This document shows, one piece after another, positions 9,677 through 19,180 of a stretch of 64,000 nt of DNA. The position numbers and the translations under genes were made by a program. Numbering within the stretch: the stretch's first letter is position 1; each line of letters starts with the position of its first letter. This DNA is from Candidatus Brocadiia bacterium (GTDB lineage: Bacteria; Planctomycetota; Brocadiia; CAIUPP01), in NCBI GenBank assembly GCA_050015075.1, contig JBEKCB010000016.1, positions 1-64,000 of the forward strand, read 5' to 3'. The notes beneath the pieces are model-generated. The model did no database searches. It had not been told where the DNA came from and saw only the letters and a program-made list of their open reading frames with translations.

Positions 9677-10162
9677 ATGGGCAACGTGATCCAGGGCGAA
9701 CTCCTCGGCCAGGGGAAAAACTTCGCGATCGTGATCAGCCGCTTCAACGAATTCATCACCTCGCGGCTGCTCTCCGGCGCACAGGATTGTCTCGAGCGGC
9801 ACGGCGTCGCGGCGAAGGACATTGACGTCGTCTGGGTGCCGGGCTCGTTCGAGATCCCGGTCACCGCCCTGCGCATCGCGCAGACGCACCGGTACGACGC
9901 GGTGGTCTGCCTGGGCGCGGTGATCCGCGGCCAGACGCCGCACTTCGATTACATCGCCGCCGAGGTCTCCAAAGGCGTGGCGCAGGTCGCCATGGCCTCC
10001 GGCGTTCCGACGATCTTCGGCGTCATCACCGCCGACACGATCGAGCAGGCCGTCGAGCGCGCCGGCACCAAGGCCGGCAACAAGGGCGCCGATGCGGCCG
10101 CCTCCGCCATCGAAATGGCCAACCTCTTCGGAAAGCTGCCCAAAGCCCCGGCGAAGAAGTAA
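9677..10162 (+). CDS. ribH: 6,7-dimethyl-8-ribityllumazine synthase
   Basis: [28 protein letters not shown] and GNKG motifs. Confidence 0.97.
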   Translation: MGNVIQGELLGQGKNFAIVISRFNEFITSRLLSGAQDCLERHGVAAKDIDVVWVPGSFEIPVTALRIAQTHRYDAVVCLGAVIRGQTPHFDYIAAEVSKGVAQVAMASGVPTIFGVITADTIEQAVERAGTKAGNKGADAAASAIEMANLFGKLPKAPAKK

Positions 10163-10190
10163 ATGCCTCCGCGCTCTCGCGTGGCAAGAA

Positions 10191-10223
10191 CCATCGTCCA
10201 TCGTCTATCGTCATTCGTTCATC
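10191..10223. repeat. Heptamer (CCATCGT-like) tandem repeat
   Basis: ccatcgt ccatcgt ctatcgt cattcgt; same family as 17421-17510. Confidence 0.7.
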
Positions 10224-10239
10224 TTTTTGAGCCATAATC

Positions 10240-10701
10240 ATGCGAAAAAGGACTGCGGGAAGAATTCTGGCTGTCCAGGCGCTCTACCAGTGGGACGTTC
10301 GCGGCGCCCCCTTTCTCAAGGAGTTGCCGGACTTCCTCCGAGGTTCCTCCGAGGACGCCGAGGTGATCGCACTGGCGGAGGAGCTGTTCCACGGCTGCGC
10401 GGAGCACAGCGAGGAGATTGATGCAAGCCTCGGCGCTTCGGCCGAGCATTACGACCTCGGGCGCATGGCGGCGGTGGACCGCGCGATCCTCCGCCTCGGC
10501 GCGTACGAACTCCTCCACCGGCCGGACGTCCCGCCCAAGGTGGCGATTGACGAGGCGATCCGCATCGCCCAGAAATTCAGCACCGCCGAGTCCGGCGCCT
10601 TCGTCAACGGCATCCTCGACCGCGTCATGGCGCGCGCCCGCCCCGGCGCCGGCCGCGTGGCCCATGGGCCGGCCGGCGCGACCGATGGGAAGAAGAAATG
10701 A
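10240..10701 (+). CDS. nusB: Transcription antitermination factor NusB
   Basis: R..A.QALYQ, DRAILRLG.YEL, IDEAI and FVNGILD motifs; follows ribH. Confidence 0.96.
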   Translation: MRKRTAGRILAVQALYQWDVRGAPFLKELPDFLRGSSEDAEVIALAEELFHGCAEHSEEIDASLGASAEHYDLGRMAAVDRAILRLGAYELLHRPDVPPKVAIDEAIRIAQKFSTAESGAFVNGILDRVMARARPGAGRVAHGPAGATDGKKK

Positions 10702-11561
10702 CCGTCCGGAAGCCCCACGGCGCCGACCTGCACCTCCACACCGTGTACAGCGACGGCGTCTACACGCCCGAGACGCTCGTCGCTGCGGCGCGCGAGCGCG
10801 ACCTGCTCACGATCGCCCTGACCGATCACGATTCGGTGGACGGCGTCGAGCCGACCCGCCGTGCCGCCCGCGACACCGGCCTCGGGGTGATCGCCGGCGC
10901 GGAATTCGGCGTGCCGGTTTCCGATGAGGGCGACGAGGAAATCCATCTCGTCGGCCTCTTCCTCGACGTTGAATCCGCCGCGCTCCGGGAAGGGCTCCTG
11001 CGAAACCGCGCGCAGCGCAAGCAGCGCGTGATGGAGATGATCGAGAAGCTCAACCGCATCGGCGTGACCCTGCGGACCGAAGACGTGCTCAATCTCGCAG
11101 CGCCGGGCAACGTGACGCGCCTGCACCTGGCGCGCGCGCTGGTCCAGACCGGCCGCGTGCGGTCCGTCCGCACGGCGTTCAAGCGCTGGCTCAGGCCCGG
11201 CACTCCGGCCTTCGTGCCGCGCTCGGGCGTGCCCGCCGCCGAGGTCATTGCGCTGATCCATCGCGCCGGCGGCCTGGCGATCATGGCGCATCCCGGCAAG
11301 ACCCTGCGCGACGGCGAAATCCCCGCGCTCGCCCAGGCCGGCCTGGACGCGCTCGAGGCGTATTGCCCGGACCACTCCGCCTCGCAGGAACTCCATTACC
11401 TCAAGCTCGCCGCGCAGTATGGCCTGCTCGCCGGCGCCGGCTCGGACTGCCACGGAGATTGCAACGGCCGCATTCTCATCGGCAAAGTGCGGCTCCATGA
11501 GGACCAGGTCGAGGCGCTCCGCGCGCGCGCCGCAACCTGGCGGGAGCCGCGACATGGGTGA
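10698..11561 (+). CDS. PHP-domain phosphoesterase (TrpH/YciV-like)
   Basis: DLHLHT.YSDG, ALTDHD, IHLVG, AHPG and GSDCHG motifs. Confidence 0.92.
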   Translation: MTVRKPHGADLHLHTVYSDGVYTPETLVAAARERDLLTIALTDHDSVDGVEPTRRAARDTGLGVIAGAEFGVPVSDEGDEEIHLVGLFLDVESAALREGLLRNRAQRKQRVMEMIEKLNRIGVTLRTEDVLNLAAPGNVTRLHLARALVQTGRVRSVRTAFKRWLRPGTPAFVPRSGVPAAEVIALIHRAGGLAIMAHPGKTLRDGEIPALAQAGLDALEAYCPDHSASQELHYLKLAAQYGLLAGAGSDCHGDCNGRILIGKVRLHEDQVEALRARAATWREPRHG

Positions 11562-12480
11562 AGGCAAGACCTCGTTCTTCGGCCGGCTGAAGGCGGGCCT
11601 GACCAAGACGCGCGCCAAGTTCTCCTCGAGCATCCGCTCCGTCCTCACCCTCGGCCGCAAGCTCGACGCCGCGGCGATTGACGAATTGTCCGACGCCCTG
11701 ATCGCCGGCGACGTCGGCCCGCGCTCCGCGGAGCGCATGGCGCGCGACGTCCAGGAAGCCTTCCGCGCCGGCAAGTTCAAAAACCCCGAGGACGCGATCG
11801 CGTTCCTCAAGGAGGACATCAAGTCCTCGCTGCGTGGCTGGGACACCTCGCTCCACTGGAGCGAGTCCGGGCCGACGGTCTGGCTGGTCGCCGGCGTCAA
11901 CGGCGTGGGCAAGACCACCTCCATCGCGAAGCTGGCCCATTTCTACACCGGGCAGAAGAAGCGCGTGCTGATCGCCGCCGGCGACACCTATCGCGCCGCG
12001 GCGGTCGAGCAGCTCGAGATCTGGAGCCAGCGCGTCGGCGTGGACCTGGTCAAGCACCAGCACGGCGGCGACCCGGCCGCAGTGGCGTTCGACGCGATCG
12101 AGGCGGCCGTCGCGCGGAAGATGGACCTGCTGATCGTGGATACCGCCGGCCGCCTGCACACCAAAGACCACCTGATGCGCGAGCTGGCGAAGATCGAGAC
12201 CGTGATCCGCCGCCGCCTGCCCGGCGCGCCGCACGAGGTGCTGCTCGTCCTCGACGCCACCACCGGCCAGAACGCCGTGCAGCAGGCGAAGCTCTTCCAC
12301 GAATCCATCAAGCTGACCGGCATCTTTCTCGCGAAGCTCGACGGCACCGCCAAGGGCGGCATCGTCGTCGGCATGCGCGACCAGATTGACCTGCCCGTCA
12401 AGTTCGTCGGCCTCGGCGAAAAGGCCGAGGACATCGAGCCGTTCGACCCGGACCGGTTCGTGGACGCGCTCTTCGAGTGA
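11554..12480 (+). CDS. ftsY: SRP receptor FtsY
   Basis: GVNGVGKTT, DTYRAAA, DTAGR, DATTGQN and KLDGTAKGG motifs; ATG at 11554. Confidence 0.97.
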   Translation: MGEGKTSFFGRLKAGLTKTRAKFSSSIRSVLTLGRKLDAAAIDELSDALIAGDVGPRSAERMARDVQEAFRAGKFKNPEDAIAFLKEDIKSSLRGWDTSLHWSESGPTVWLVAGVNGVGKTTSIAKLAHFYTGQKKRVLIAAGDTYRAAAVEQLEIWSQRVGVDLVKHQHGGDPAAVAFDAIEAAVARKMDLLIVDTAGRLHTKDHLMRELAKIETVIRRRLPGAPHEVLLVLDATTGQNAVQQAKLFHESIKLTGIFLAKLDGTAKGGIVVGMRDQIDLPVKFVGLGEKAEDIEPFDPDRFVDALFE

Positions 12481-12525
12481 TGGGAGCCCTTCCCGGAATT
12501 TCGTCCAGTTTCGCCGTTTCGGCCC

Positions 12526-12555
12526 TTGACTTCCGCCGCCGTCCCTCTCTATATT
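12526..12555 (+). promoter_or_regulatory. Candidate sigma70 promoter of the encapsulin operon or its leader RNA
   Basis: TTGACT-N18-TATATT. Confidence 0.55.
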
Positions 12556-12674
12556 GGAACTGTGGGCAGTGAACGCCCGTCGGGCATTTGGGCGGGGCGA
12601 CTTGGGGAATCGGCGTGGCGCCGGAAACGGCGCTGAACGCGATGGGATCTTTCTGACGGATTGCCCCCAGTTCC
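12556..12674 (+). ncRNA. Candidate structured RNA (rod-like fold), family unknown
   Basis: 12556-70 pairs with 12660-74; 12577-84 pairs with 12652-59; GGCGCCG-GAAA-CGGCGCT terminal hairpin at 12617-34. Confidence 0.4.
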
Positions 12675-12734
12675 GCCGAAACGATGATCAACTGACGCGC
12701 AGGCGCGGGATATCTTCAGTGAGGGAGGTGTGCA

Positions 12735-13088
12735 ATGCCTGAATTCGTCAATCCGTTCACCGGCGTAGTGCCGGGGCGCAAACTGACGCCGCGCGAACTC
12801 ACCCGCGCGATCCGCATGGCGCTCTCGGCGGAGGAGGAAGCGGTGCATCAATACCAGTCGGTGGCCGACGCGACGGACGACCCGCTCGCGAAGGCGCTGC
12901 TCAATGAGATCGCCGACGAGGAACGCGTCCACAAAGGCGAGTTCCAGCGGCTGCTCAATATCCTGCTCCCGGACGAGGCGAACTATCTCGCCCAGGGCGC
13001 CGCCGAGGTGAATGAACTGGCCTCGAAGGTCAAGGGCCAGCCCGCAGCCGAGAGCGCGCCGCCCTCGGTCGGGAGCCTGAAGTCTTGA
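12735..13088 (+). CDS. Encapsulin-associated ferritin-like cargo protein
   Basis: EEEAVHQY and DEERVH ferroxidase-type motifs; C-terminal SVGSL targeting peptide; GGAGG RBS. Confidence 0.9.
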   Translation: MPEFVNPFTGVVPGRKLTPRELTRAIRMALSAEEEAVHQYQSVADATDDPLAKALLNEIADEERVHKGEFQRLLNILLPDEANYLAQGAAEVNELASKVKGQPAAESAPPSVGSLKS

Positions 13089-13156
13089 CGCGCCGCCGCT
13101 ACGGCGCGAACGTCGAGAGCGGTCGTCAGCGAGTTCATTTTTAGAGGAGACGGACC

Positions 13157-13972
13157 ATGGCCACAGAACTTCTCAATCGCGGCGATGCGCCGTTCAGCGA
13201 CAAGGTCTGGGCGGCGATTGACGCCGCCGTCGTCGGGGCGGCCAAGAGCCAACTGGGCGCGCGGCGCGTGCTGCCGGTCGAAGGCCCGTACGGCCTCGGC
13301 TTAAAGTCGCTGCCGGTCCGCGACGCGCCGGCTGCGGAGCAACTGACGCCCGGCAGCGCGATCATGACCGGAGCGGTGCCGCCGCCGGTGGTCAACATCG
13401 CCAGCGGGTTCAGGCTGGCCGCGCGCGACATCGCGGCGTTCGAGGAACGCGGCATGCTGCTCGACCTGGGCGAAGCGGCCCGCGCGGCGATCTCCGTGGC
13501 GTTCCAGGAAGACGCGCTGCTCTTCAACGGGGCGAAGGATTTCGGCGTGGAAGGATTGCTGACGGCGAAGGGGGTCCATTCGGCGAAGCTCAAGGACTGG
13601 GCGCAGGTCGGGACGGCGGCGACCGACATCATCGAGGCGGTGACCAAGCTCGACGCCGCCGGCTTCCATGGCCCGTACGCCCTGGCGCTGGCCCCGGACC
13701 GCTACAACCTGCTGCTGCGCCGCTATCCGCAGGGCGCCGGCACGGAACTCGAGCACCTGCGCCTGATCGCGTCGGAAGGCGTCTCCAAGGCGGCGGCCAT
13801 CCGCGCCGGCGGCGTGCTGCTGGCCTGGGGCGTCCAATATTCCTCCATCGTCCTCGGGCAGGACCTGATGGCCGGGTTCGTCGGACCCGCCGGGCGCGAC
13901 TACGAACTCACCGTTTCCGAGAGCCTGGCGCTGCGTCTTTTGCAGCCGGCGTCGGTGGTCGCGCTGAAGTAA
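13157..13972 (+). CDS. Family 1 encapsulin shell protein (Linocin M18-like)
   Basis: LLNRGDAPF...W..ID, GARRVLPVEGPYG, EDALLFNG and GFHGPYAL motifs; 271 aa. Confidence 0.95.
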   Translation: MATELLNRGDAPFSDKVWAAIDAAVVGAAKSQLGARRVLPVEGPYGLGLKSLPVRDAPAAEQLTPGSAIMTGAVPPPVVNIASGFRLAARDIAAFEERGMLLDLGEAARAAISVAFQEDALLFNGAKDFGVEGLLTAKGVHSAKLKDWAQVGTAATDIIEAVTKLDAAGFHGPYALALAPDRYNLLLRRYPQGAGTELEHLRLIASEGVSKAAAIRAGGVLLAWGVQYSSIVLGQDLMAGFVGPAGRDYELTVSESLALRLLQPASVVALK

Positions 13973-13980
13973 ACGCGGCG

Positions 13981-14130
13981 CGCCGCAGAGAGAAACGCAG
14001 AAGAACCTGACGGCTCGAATTGCCGCAAAGAAGCGCAGGAAACAAGGGCGACGTGATGTTCCGTTAAGCCGTTCCCCTTGCGCCTCTTTGCGGCAATATT
14101 TGTCGCCGTTTTTCGCGTCCTCGCGTTTTC
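13981..14130. repeat. Nested 9-bp-periodic inverted repeats (REP-like)
   Basis: ttgccgcaaagaagcgcagg pairs with ccttgcgcctctttgcggcaa; further related units flank them. Confidence 0.6.
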
Positions 14131-14146
14131 CTGGTGATCCATTCCG

Positions 14147-14827
14147 ATGCGGACCGTTTTACGCAAAGTGACGCGGCCGTTCGCTGCGTTTCGGGATCGG
14201 GCCGACGCCGGGCGCGCGCTGTCGCGGGCGATGCCGCCTCTTCCGGGCGCCGATTCAGTCGTGCTGGCGGTGCCGCGAGGCGGCGTAGCGGTGGCTGCGC
14301 CGCTGGCAGAGGCGCTCGGGGCGCCGCTCGAACTGATGCTCGTCCGGAAACTCCCGATGCCGCATTCCCCCGAAGCCGGGTTCGGCGCCGTGGCGCTCGG
14401 CGGCCAGGTGGTTCTCAACGAGCCGCTCGTCCGTGAACTCGACCTTTCGCCCGAGCGCATTGCTGCGATCGTAAAGGAAGTGCTCGCCGAGGTGCGCCGC
14501 CGCGCCAGGGAGTACACCGGCCGCGACCGCCCGCCGGAGGTGCGCGGGAAGTGCGTCTACCTCGTAGATGACGGCCTCGCCACGGGCTTCACCATGATCG
14601 CCGCCGCGCGGATGGTCAAGGCGTGCGGGCCGAGCCGCATGACGCTCTGCGTGCCCGTCTCGCCGCACGATTCGCTGCGCGCGGTCGAGCCGTACTTCGA
14701 CGATCTCTGCTGCCTCATCGAGCAGGCGCACCCGCCCTTCGCGGTCGCCTCGTTCTACGAGGACTTCCACGACCTCACCGACGATGAAGTGCGCGCCATC
14801 CTCCGCAAGCCGGCGAACCCCGCCTGA
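14147..14827 (+). CDS. Phosphoribosyltransferase family protein
   Basis: FRDRADAG, LAVPRGGV, VRKL and LVDDGLATG motifs. Confidence 0.9.
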   Translation: MRTVLRKVTRPFAAFRDRADAGRALSRAMPPLPGADSVVLAVPRGGVAVAAPLAEALGAPLELMLVRKLPMPHSPEAGFGAVALGGQVVLNEPLVRELDLSPERIAAIVKEVLAEVRRRAREYTGRDRPPEVRGKCVYLVDDGLATGFTMIAAARMVKACGPSRMTLCVPVSPHDSLRAVEPYFDDLCCLIEQAHPPFAVASFYEDFHDLTDDEVRAILRKPANPA

Positions 14828-14841
14828 CCCGCTATTCGCGC

Positions 14842-14868
14842 TCAGGAAACCGCGAAAATCCACGATAA
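14842..14868 (+). promoter_or_regulatory. sigma28-like promoter (variant -10)
   Basis: TCAG-N15-CACGATAA upstream of CHASE2-HD-GYP. Confidence 0.5.
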
Positions 14869-15007
14869 TAGCAGTGTCGGAAGCGGTGGAACGCCCGGAT
14901 TAGCTTGAATTGCGCTGCATCCGGTCCGCGGCGGACCGGTGGCGCTCCCAATGTCGCATGGCTCCGCCACGGTTTTCTTCGAGGCGGCTGCTGAAGCTGC
15001 GTAACCG

Positions 15008-17428
15008 ATGTCCCGGGATATTTCAGGACGAAGAACGGCGATGATCGTCAACGCTTTCAAATCCCTGCTGCGCGGCCTTCGCGTTCTTCGCGGCGCGACG
15101 TTCCTCAGGCAGCTCTGGCGGATGGACGATTTGGTTCGGCGGCTGGCGGCCGGGCTGGCAATCGCCGCTCTGGTCCTGGCGGTCTGGTCGCTGAACGCCT
15201 TCGACTGGCTGCAACTGGACGCGATGAATCTGGGAGCCAGGGCGAGGGCCGTTCCGCCCTGTCCGAACGTCGTGGTGGTGGGCATTGACGACGCGTCGCT
15301 GAGCCGGTTCGGCCAGCTTCCCTGGCCGCGAACGCGCTATGCGAAAGCGATCCAGGAGTTGAGCGCGGCCGGAGCGGAGTCCATTGCGCTGGACATGTGG
15401 TTCCCGGAAGCGGATGATCCCGCCGCCGACGACGTCCTGAGGCAGGCGGCGCAGCAGGCAGGCAACGTCTATCTCGGGCTTTGTTTTGCGGAGGACAAAC
15501 CGCGCGTCAAGGTCACCCGCAGCAACAGCCGCCTGGTCCAGGGCGCGATTAGCGAAGCCCACGTCAACGTCATCGCGGACTCGGATGGGCAGGTTCGCCG
15601 CGTGCCGTGGGAGAGACACACGCTGGCCGACCGTTTCCTCTTCATGCCGGTGGCGCTGGCGGCGCGCCATTTCGGGGTTAAGCCGGAAGACGTGCGGGCC
15701 GAGCAAAATGTGCTGCGGATCGGCGACGTCCATCTTCCGCTCGAGACGCAGCCGGACGGCTCCGACGCGTTCCTGGTGGATCTGCCGGATACGCCCGATT
15801 ACTTCGAAGAGAACTACATCTCCTTTCTGAACGTCGAGAACGGGCTTTTCAAGCCCGAGCAGGTGCGCGGCAAGATTGTGTTCATCGGGCAGGTCATCGT
15901 GGGCGGCGGCTATGCGGACACGTGGGAGACGGCCCGCGGCCGGAAGTTCGGCGTGATCCTTCTGTCGGAGATCACGCAGCAGATCCTGGACGGCCGCGGC
16001 CTGATCCCCGCTCCGAAGGCGTGGACTTTCCTGCTGGTGCTGATGCTCGGCTTGAGCGGCGCGTTCCTGTTTTACCCGCGCCACGCGGTGCTCGGATTCG
16101 GCGCGCATCTGTGTCTGCTGGCGTTCATCTGGGCGTTCTTCTTTTTCGCGATCGTGCGGTACGGTCGCGTGCTTGAGCCGCTGCCGCTGACGGCGGCGGT
16201 CGTCGGTTCGCTGGCCGTCGGCATGGTCCGATCGCTGCGCCGCGCCAGTCACGAGCTGGTGCAGGACGCGCGCGCGATGGAGATCCTCCGCCAGCTCAGC
16301 GAAACGCTCGTCTCGTCCTCGGGCATGCCCTCGATCGTCACCGGCAAGCGGCCGGACGTGAGCCAGTCGTTCGTGCTGCCCGGCCAGACGCCGCAGGTGC
16401 TCCTGCAGACCATCGCGCAGGCGGTCGGCGCCCGGCAAGGAGCATTGTTCATTTCGCGGCAGCCGGGCCAGGGACTGACACGCATCGCGTCGCTCATCGG
16501 TGACGGGGCGCTCCCGACATCCGGGTTCGCCGACCGGGTCAATGAGCGCCTTTTCCAGGGCGGAGGCGCCTTCGCCAGTTGCGATCCCGCGCGCGATCTG
16601 GCCTTCAATGCCGCACCCGTTCCGAACACGCTGCTGGCCATGCCGCTCTCATTCAACGGCCAGGTCATGGGCGCGGTGCATCTCTACGGCAAGTTCTCAA
16701 CAGAGGCTTCCTCCGGAGAGCGCTTCACGCCGGCCGACCTGCGCCTGGTCGCCGTTATGGCGCAGCAGACGATGATCGGGCTGGAGAACGCCTCGCTCTA
16801 CGAAGGGATGCGCGGCATCTTCATGAGCGCCACACTCGCGCTGGCCAACGCGGTGGACGCGAAGGACCCGTACACGCGCGGCCATTCCGAGCGCGTGCTC
16901 GGCTACAGCGAGCAGCTCGCCCGCGCGATGAACCTGCCTCCGCAGGACGTGGAGAGCGTCAAAATGGGCGCCGTGCTGCACGACATCGGAAAAATCGCGA
17001 TCCCGGACAAGATCCTGCACAAGCCGGGCCGGCTCACGGTGGAGGAGTTCGACGTGGTCCGCACTCACCCGGCGCGCGGCGAGGCCATCCTGGCGCCGCT
17101 CGAAGAACTCCGGCCGCTCCGGCCGGGCATCCGCCATCATCATGAGCGATTCGACGGCAAGGGTTACCCGGACCAACTCGCCGGCACGGACATCCCGCTG
17201 CACGCGCGCATCATCTGCGTGGCGGACGCCTTCGATGCGATGACCTCGAAGCGTTACTACCACAAGGCGAAGAGCCTGGAAGAGGGATTGGACGAGATCG
17301 CGCGTTGCAGCGGCGCCCAGTTCGACCCCGAGTTGGCGGAGACCTTCATCAAGGCGCTCAGCAAACGCGCCTCGGCCCCGGTCCTGCCGCAAGCCGTGCT
17401 TCAGGCCTTGGCGGATTACGGACGATAG
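15008..17428 (+). CDS. CHASE2-GAF-HD-GYP cyclic-dinucleotide phosphodiesterase
   Basis: CHASE2 motifs (VVVGIDD.SL..FG.LPWPR, D.DG.VRR, RGKIVFIG); 3 TM helices; GAF; HDIGK...HHERFDGKGYP...ADAFDAM. Start uncertain (15008, 15041 or 15122). Confidence 0.93.
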   Translation: MSRDISGRRTAMIVNAFKSLLRGLRVLRGATFLRQLWRMDDLVRRLAAGLAIAALVLAVWSLNAFDWLQLDAMNLGARARAVPPCPNVVVVGIDDASLSRFGQLPWPRTRYAKAIQELSAAGAESIALDMWFPEADDPAADDVLRQAAQQAGNVYLGLCFAEDKPRVKVTRSNSRLVQGAISEAHVNVIADSDGQVRRVPWERHTLADRFLFMPVALAARHFGVKPEDVRAEQNVLRIGDVHLPLETQPDGSDAFLVDLPDTPDYFEENYISFLNVENGLFKPEQVRGKIVFIGQVIVGGGYADTWETARGRKFGVILLSEITQQILDGRGLIPAPKAWTFLLVLMLGLSGAFLFYPRHAVLGFGAHLCLLAFIWAFFFFAIVRYGRVLEPLPLTAAVVGSLAVGMVRSLRRASHELVQDARAMEILRQLSETLVSSSGMPSIVTGKRPDVSQSFVLPGQTPQVLLQTIAQAVGARQGALFISRQPGQGLTRIASLIGDGALPTSGFADRVNERLFQGGGAFASCDPARDLAFNAAPVPNTLLAMPLSFNGQVMGAVHLYGKFSTEASSGERFTPADLRLVAVMAQQTMIGLENASLYEGMRGIFMSATLALANAVDAKDPYTRGHSERVLGYSEQLARAMNLPPQDVESVKMGAVLHDIGKIAIPDKILHKPGRLTVEEFDVVRTHPARGEAILAPLEELRPLRPGIRHHHERFDGKGYPDQLAGTDIPLHARIICVADAFDAMTSKRYYHKAKSLEEGLDEIARCSGAQFDPELAETFIKALSKRASAPVLPQAVLQALADYGR

Positions 17429-17510
17429 ATGACAGACGATGGACGATGGAAGAGGCTCGCCTCTCGTCCATCGTCCACCGTCCATCGTCCATCATCTATC
17501 GTCTATCGTC
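17421..17510. repeat. Heptamer-based inverted repeat between convergent genes
   Basis: GACGATG/A units at 17421-50 face CCATCGT/CTATCGT units at 17464-510. Confidence 0.75.
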
Positions 17511-17515
17511 CGCCG

Positions 17516-18706
17516 TTACTCCACGCTCAGCGAGTAGTTCGATCCTTCCGTCTGGACCGCCACCTGCACCAGCAGTGTCACCTCCTGCCCGGGGCTGATG
17601 GTGCGCAGCGATGAAGATCCCAGCCAGGAGGAAGAAATGGTCGTGTTGACCGGCACCGGGAAACAGCTGGCGTAGATCAAGCTGCCGTTGACCGTGATCA
17701 CGCTCAACGTGTTGTCGCCGGGCCCGCTCAACGAAATCCGGTTGATCGTGAACGCCTGTTGGCTGACGTTCTGCAGCGTCCAGGTGACGTAGCCGTCGCC
17801 GATGTTCGGCCCGGTCACCACGATCGGGCCCGGGTTCGGCTGCGTTGCGGGCTGCGTCATGGTGAAGGTGTGCGAGCTGCCCGCCGGAAGCGCCATGGTG
17901 CTCGGCCCCGGCCAGACCGTGTCCACCCAGACCGTGCCTTCCGTCACAGCGACGTTCGTCTCGTATTCGCCGGAGGACTTCGAGGTGGTGACGGTGAACT
18001 GCGTGCCGCGCACACCGGCGGTGCAGGCCGGCGTGGCCACGTCGAAGTGCGTCCCATGCGCCGCCTTCACCTCAATGGTGCCCAGCGAGCCGATCGGAAT
18101 TTTCACCGCGCTGTAGATCCGGCCCTGTCCTTCATCGAACGAGACCAGCACGACCACGTTCACTCCGGAGTTAATGGTGACGGTGGTCCCGTCGGCGAAG
18201 GCCAGCGTGCCGCCGGTAACCTGGCTTCCGGCCGCGACAGGCTGATTATTCCAGAGGACCGGCTCGGTCTTGCCCTTCAGGGTCAATCCCGCGCCGAAGG
18301 CGCCGAAGGTCGAATTCTCCACGGTATGGTTCGGGCAGCCGAGGAGGAAGCCGGTGGCCGTCGTCGGCTCGCGCGGCACATAATACTGCGAGTAGCTGTC
18401 GGTGGTCGGATATGGCGAGGACGGGCAGACGAACACCTCCGGCTCGGAGATCACGTTGGACAGCAGCGTCGGCAGCGTTGTCAAGGCGAACGACGGCGTT
18501 TGCTCGTACTCCGTGTAGTACGTCAGCAATCCGGTTGCGATCTGGCGCAGGTTGTTCGCGCACGTCATGCCGCGCGACACCTGTCGGGCGCGGACAATGA
18601 CCCCCGCCGAGAGCGCCGACACCGCGGCGATCACACCGAGCACGACCAGAAGCTCAACCAGCGAAAAGGCTCGTCCGCGACGTTTCCTGCAATCTTGTGT
18701 GTGCAT
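17516..18706 (-). CDS. Prepilin-type N-terminal (DUF1559-like) protein fused to a FecR-like domain
   Basis: RRGRA|FSLVELLVV class III signal; C.NNLRQI; FVCPS; FecR-like FDVATP..TAGVRGTQF.V...VAVTEGTV. Confidence 0.8.
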   Translation of the reverse strand: MHTQDCRKRRGRAFSLVELLVVLGVIAAVSALSAGVIVRARQVSRGMTCANNLRQIATGLLTYYTEYEQTPSFALTTLPTLLSNVISEPEVFVCPSSPYPTTDSYSQYYVPREPTTATGFLLGCPNHTVENSTFGAFGAGLTLKGKTEPVLWNNQPVAAGSQVTGGTLAFADGTTVTINSGVNVVVLVSFDEGQGRIYSAVKIPIGSLGTIEVKAAHGTHFDVATPACTAGVRGTQFTVTTSKSSGEYETNVAVTEGTVWVDTVWPGPSTMALPAGSSHTFTMTQPATQPNPGPIVVTGPNIGDGYVTWTLQNVSQQAFTINRISLSGPGDNTLSVITVNGSLIYASCFPVPVNTTISSSWLGSSSLRTISPGQEVTLLVQVAVQTEGSNYSLSVE

Positions 18707-18998
18707 GGCACCCTCTTACTCTAAAGTTATCAGGCCGATCACACTTCACGCTCAGTGAACAAGTACAATTCCGTTGCAATCTGATGCATCTTATTCTCAC
18801 GTGTCATAGTTCGGCACGTTTGCCTTGTCCGGATGCAACTTCCGGCCACGTTGGCCGACAGCGCAAAGATCACGCCGATCACAGTCTCAAGATAAATAAT
18901 ACCAGTGGCTTACGTATAGGGCTGTCTGCCTTGATGCGCATACGGAAGTCACTTTCCATGAACTCAGTTGCACGTAACTTGATCCAGCTTGCTGATGT

Positions 18999-19014
18999 TG
19001 CGAATTCCGTGCCA
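18999..19014 (-). promoter_or_regulatory. sigma54 promoter candidate for the prepilin-FecR gene
   Basis: TGGCACGGAATTCGCA (GG-N10-GC) on the minus strand. Confidence 0.6.
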
Positions 19015-19180
19015 GGTTTTGGCTCCAAAGTTCCGGTTCGCGTGCAACGGCATTGCACGTCCGCAGCCCGCTTGCGCGCCGCGCGGTAAGGCCGTAACAT
19101 GGGAAGGCTTTCCAGGCGTTCCTTTGTGAGCGAGGGCGGGATGAACCGAGGAGAGATCGAGGCGCTGCTGGCTTTGCCGC

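Noticed and set aside
10698-11561. PHP gene between nusB and ftsY as a novel system
   Set aside because: An ordinary TrpH/YciV-like enzyme in a housekeeping operon with no unusual features.
12556-12678. SRP RNA (next to ftsY), tRNA-Sec (GGAA...TTCCGCC ends) or NiCo riboswitch
   Set aside because: No CAGG...GGAA...AGCA helix 8, no TCA anticodon loop or TTCGA T-loop, and no NiCo core; kept only as an unclassified structure.
18722-18740. sigma28 promoter TAAAGTT...GCCGATCA
   Set aside because: The spacer is far shorter than 15 nt and the site points away from the adjacent gene.
18720-19180. BirA operator before bioB, or a c-di-GMP-I riboswitch before the pilin gene
   Set aside because: No convincing TGTtAAC...GTTaACA palindrome; a GGCAAAC is present on the minus strand but the downstream GCAAA element is not.
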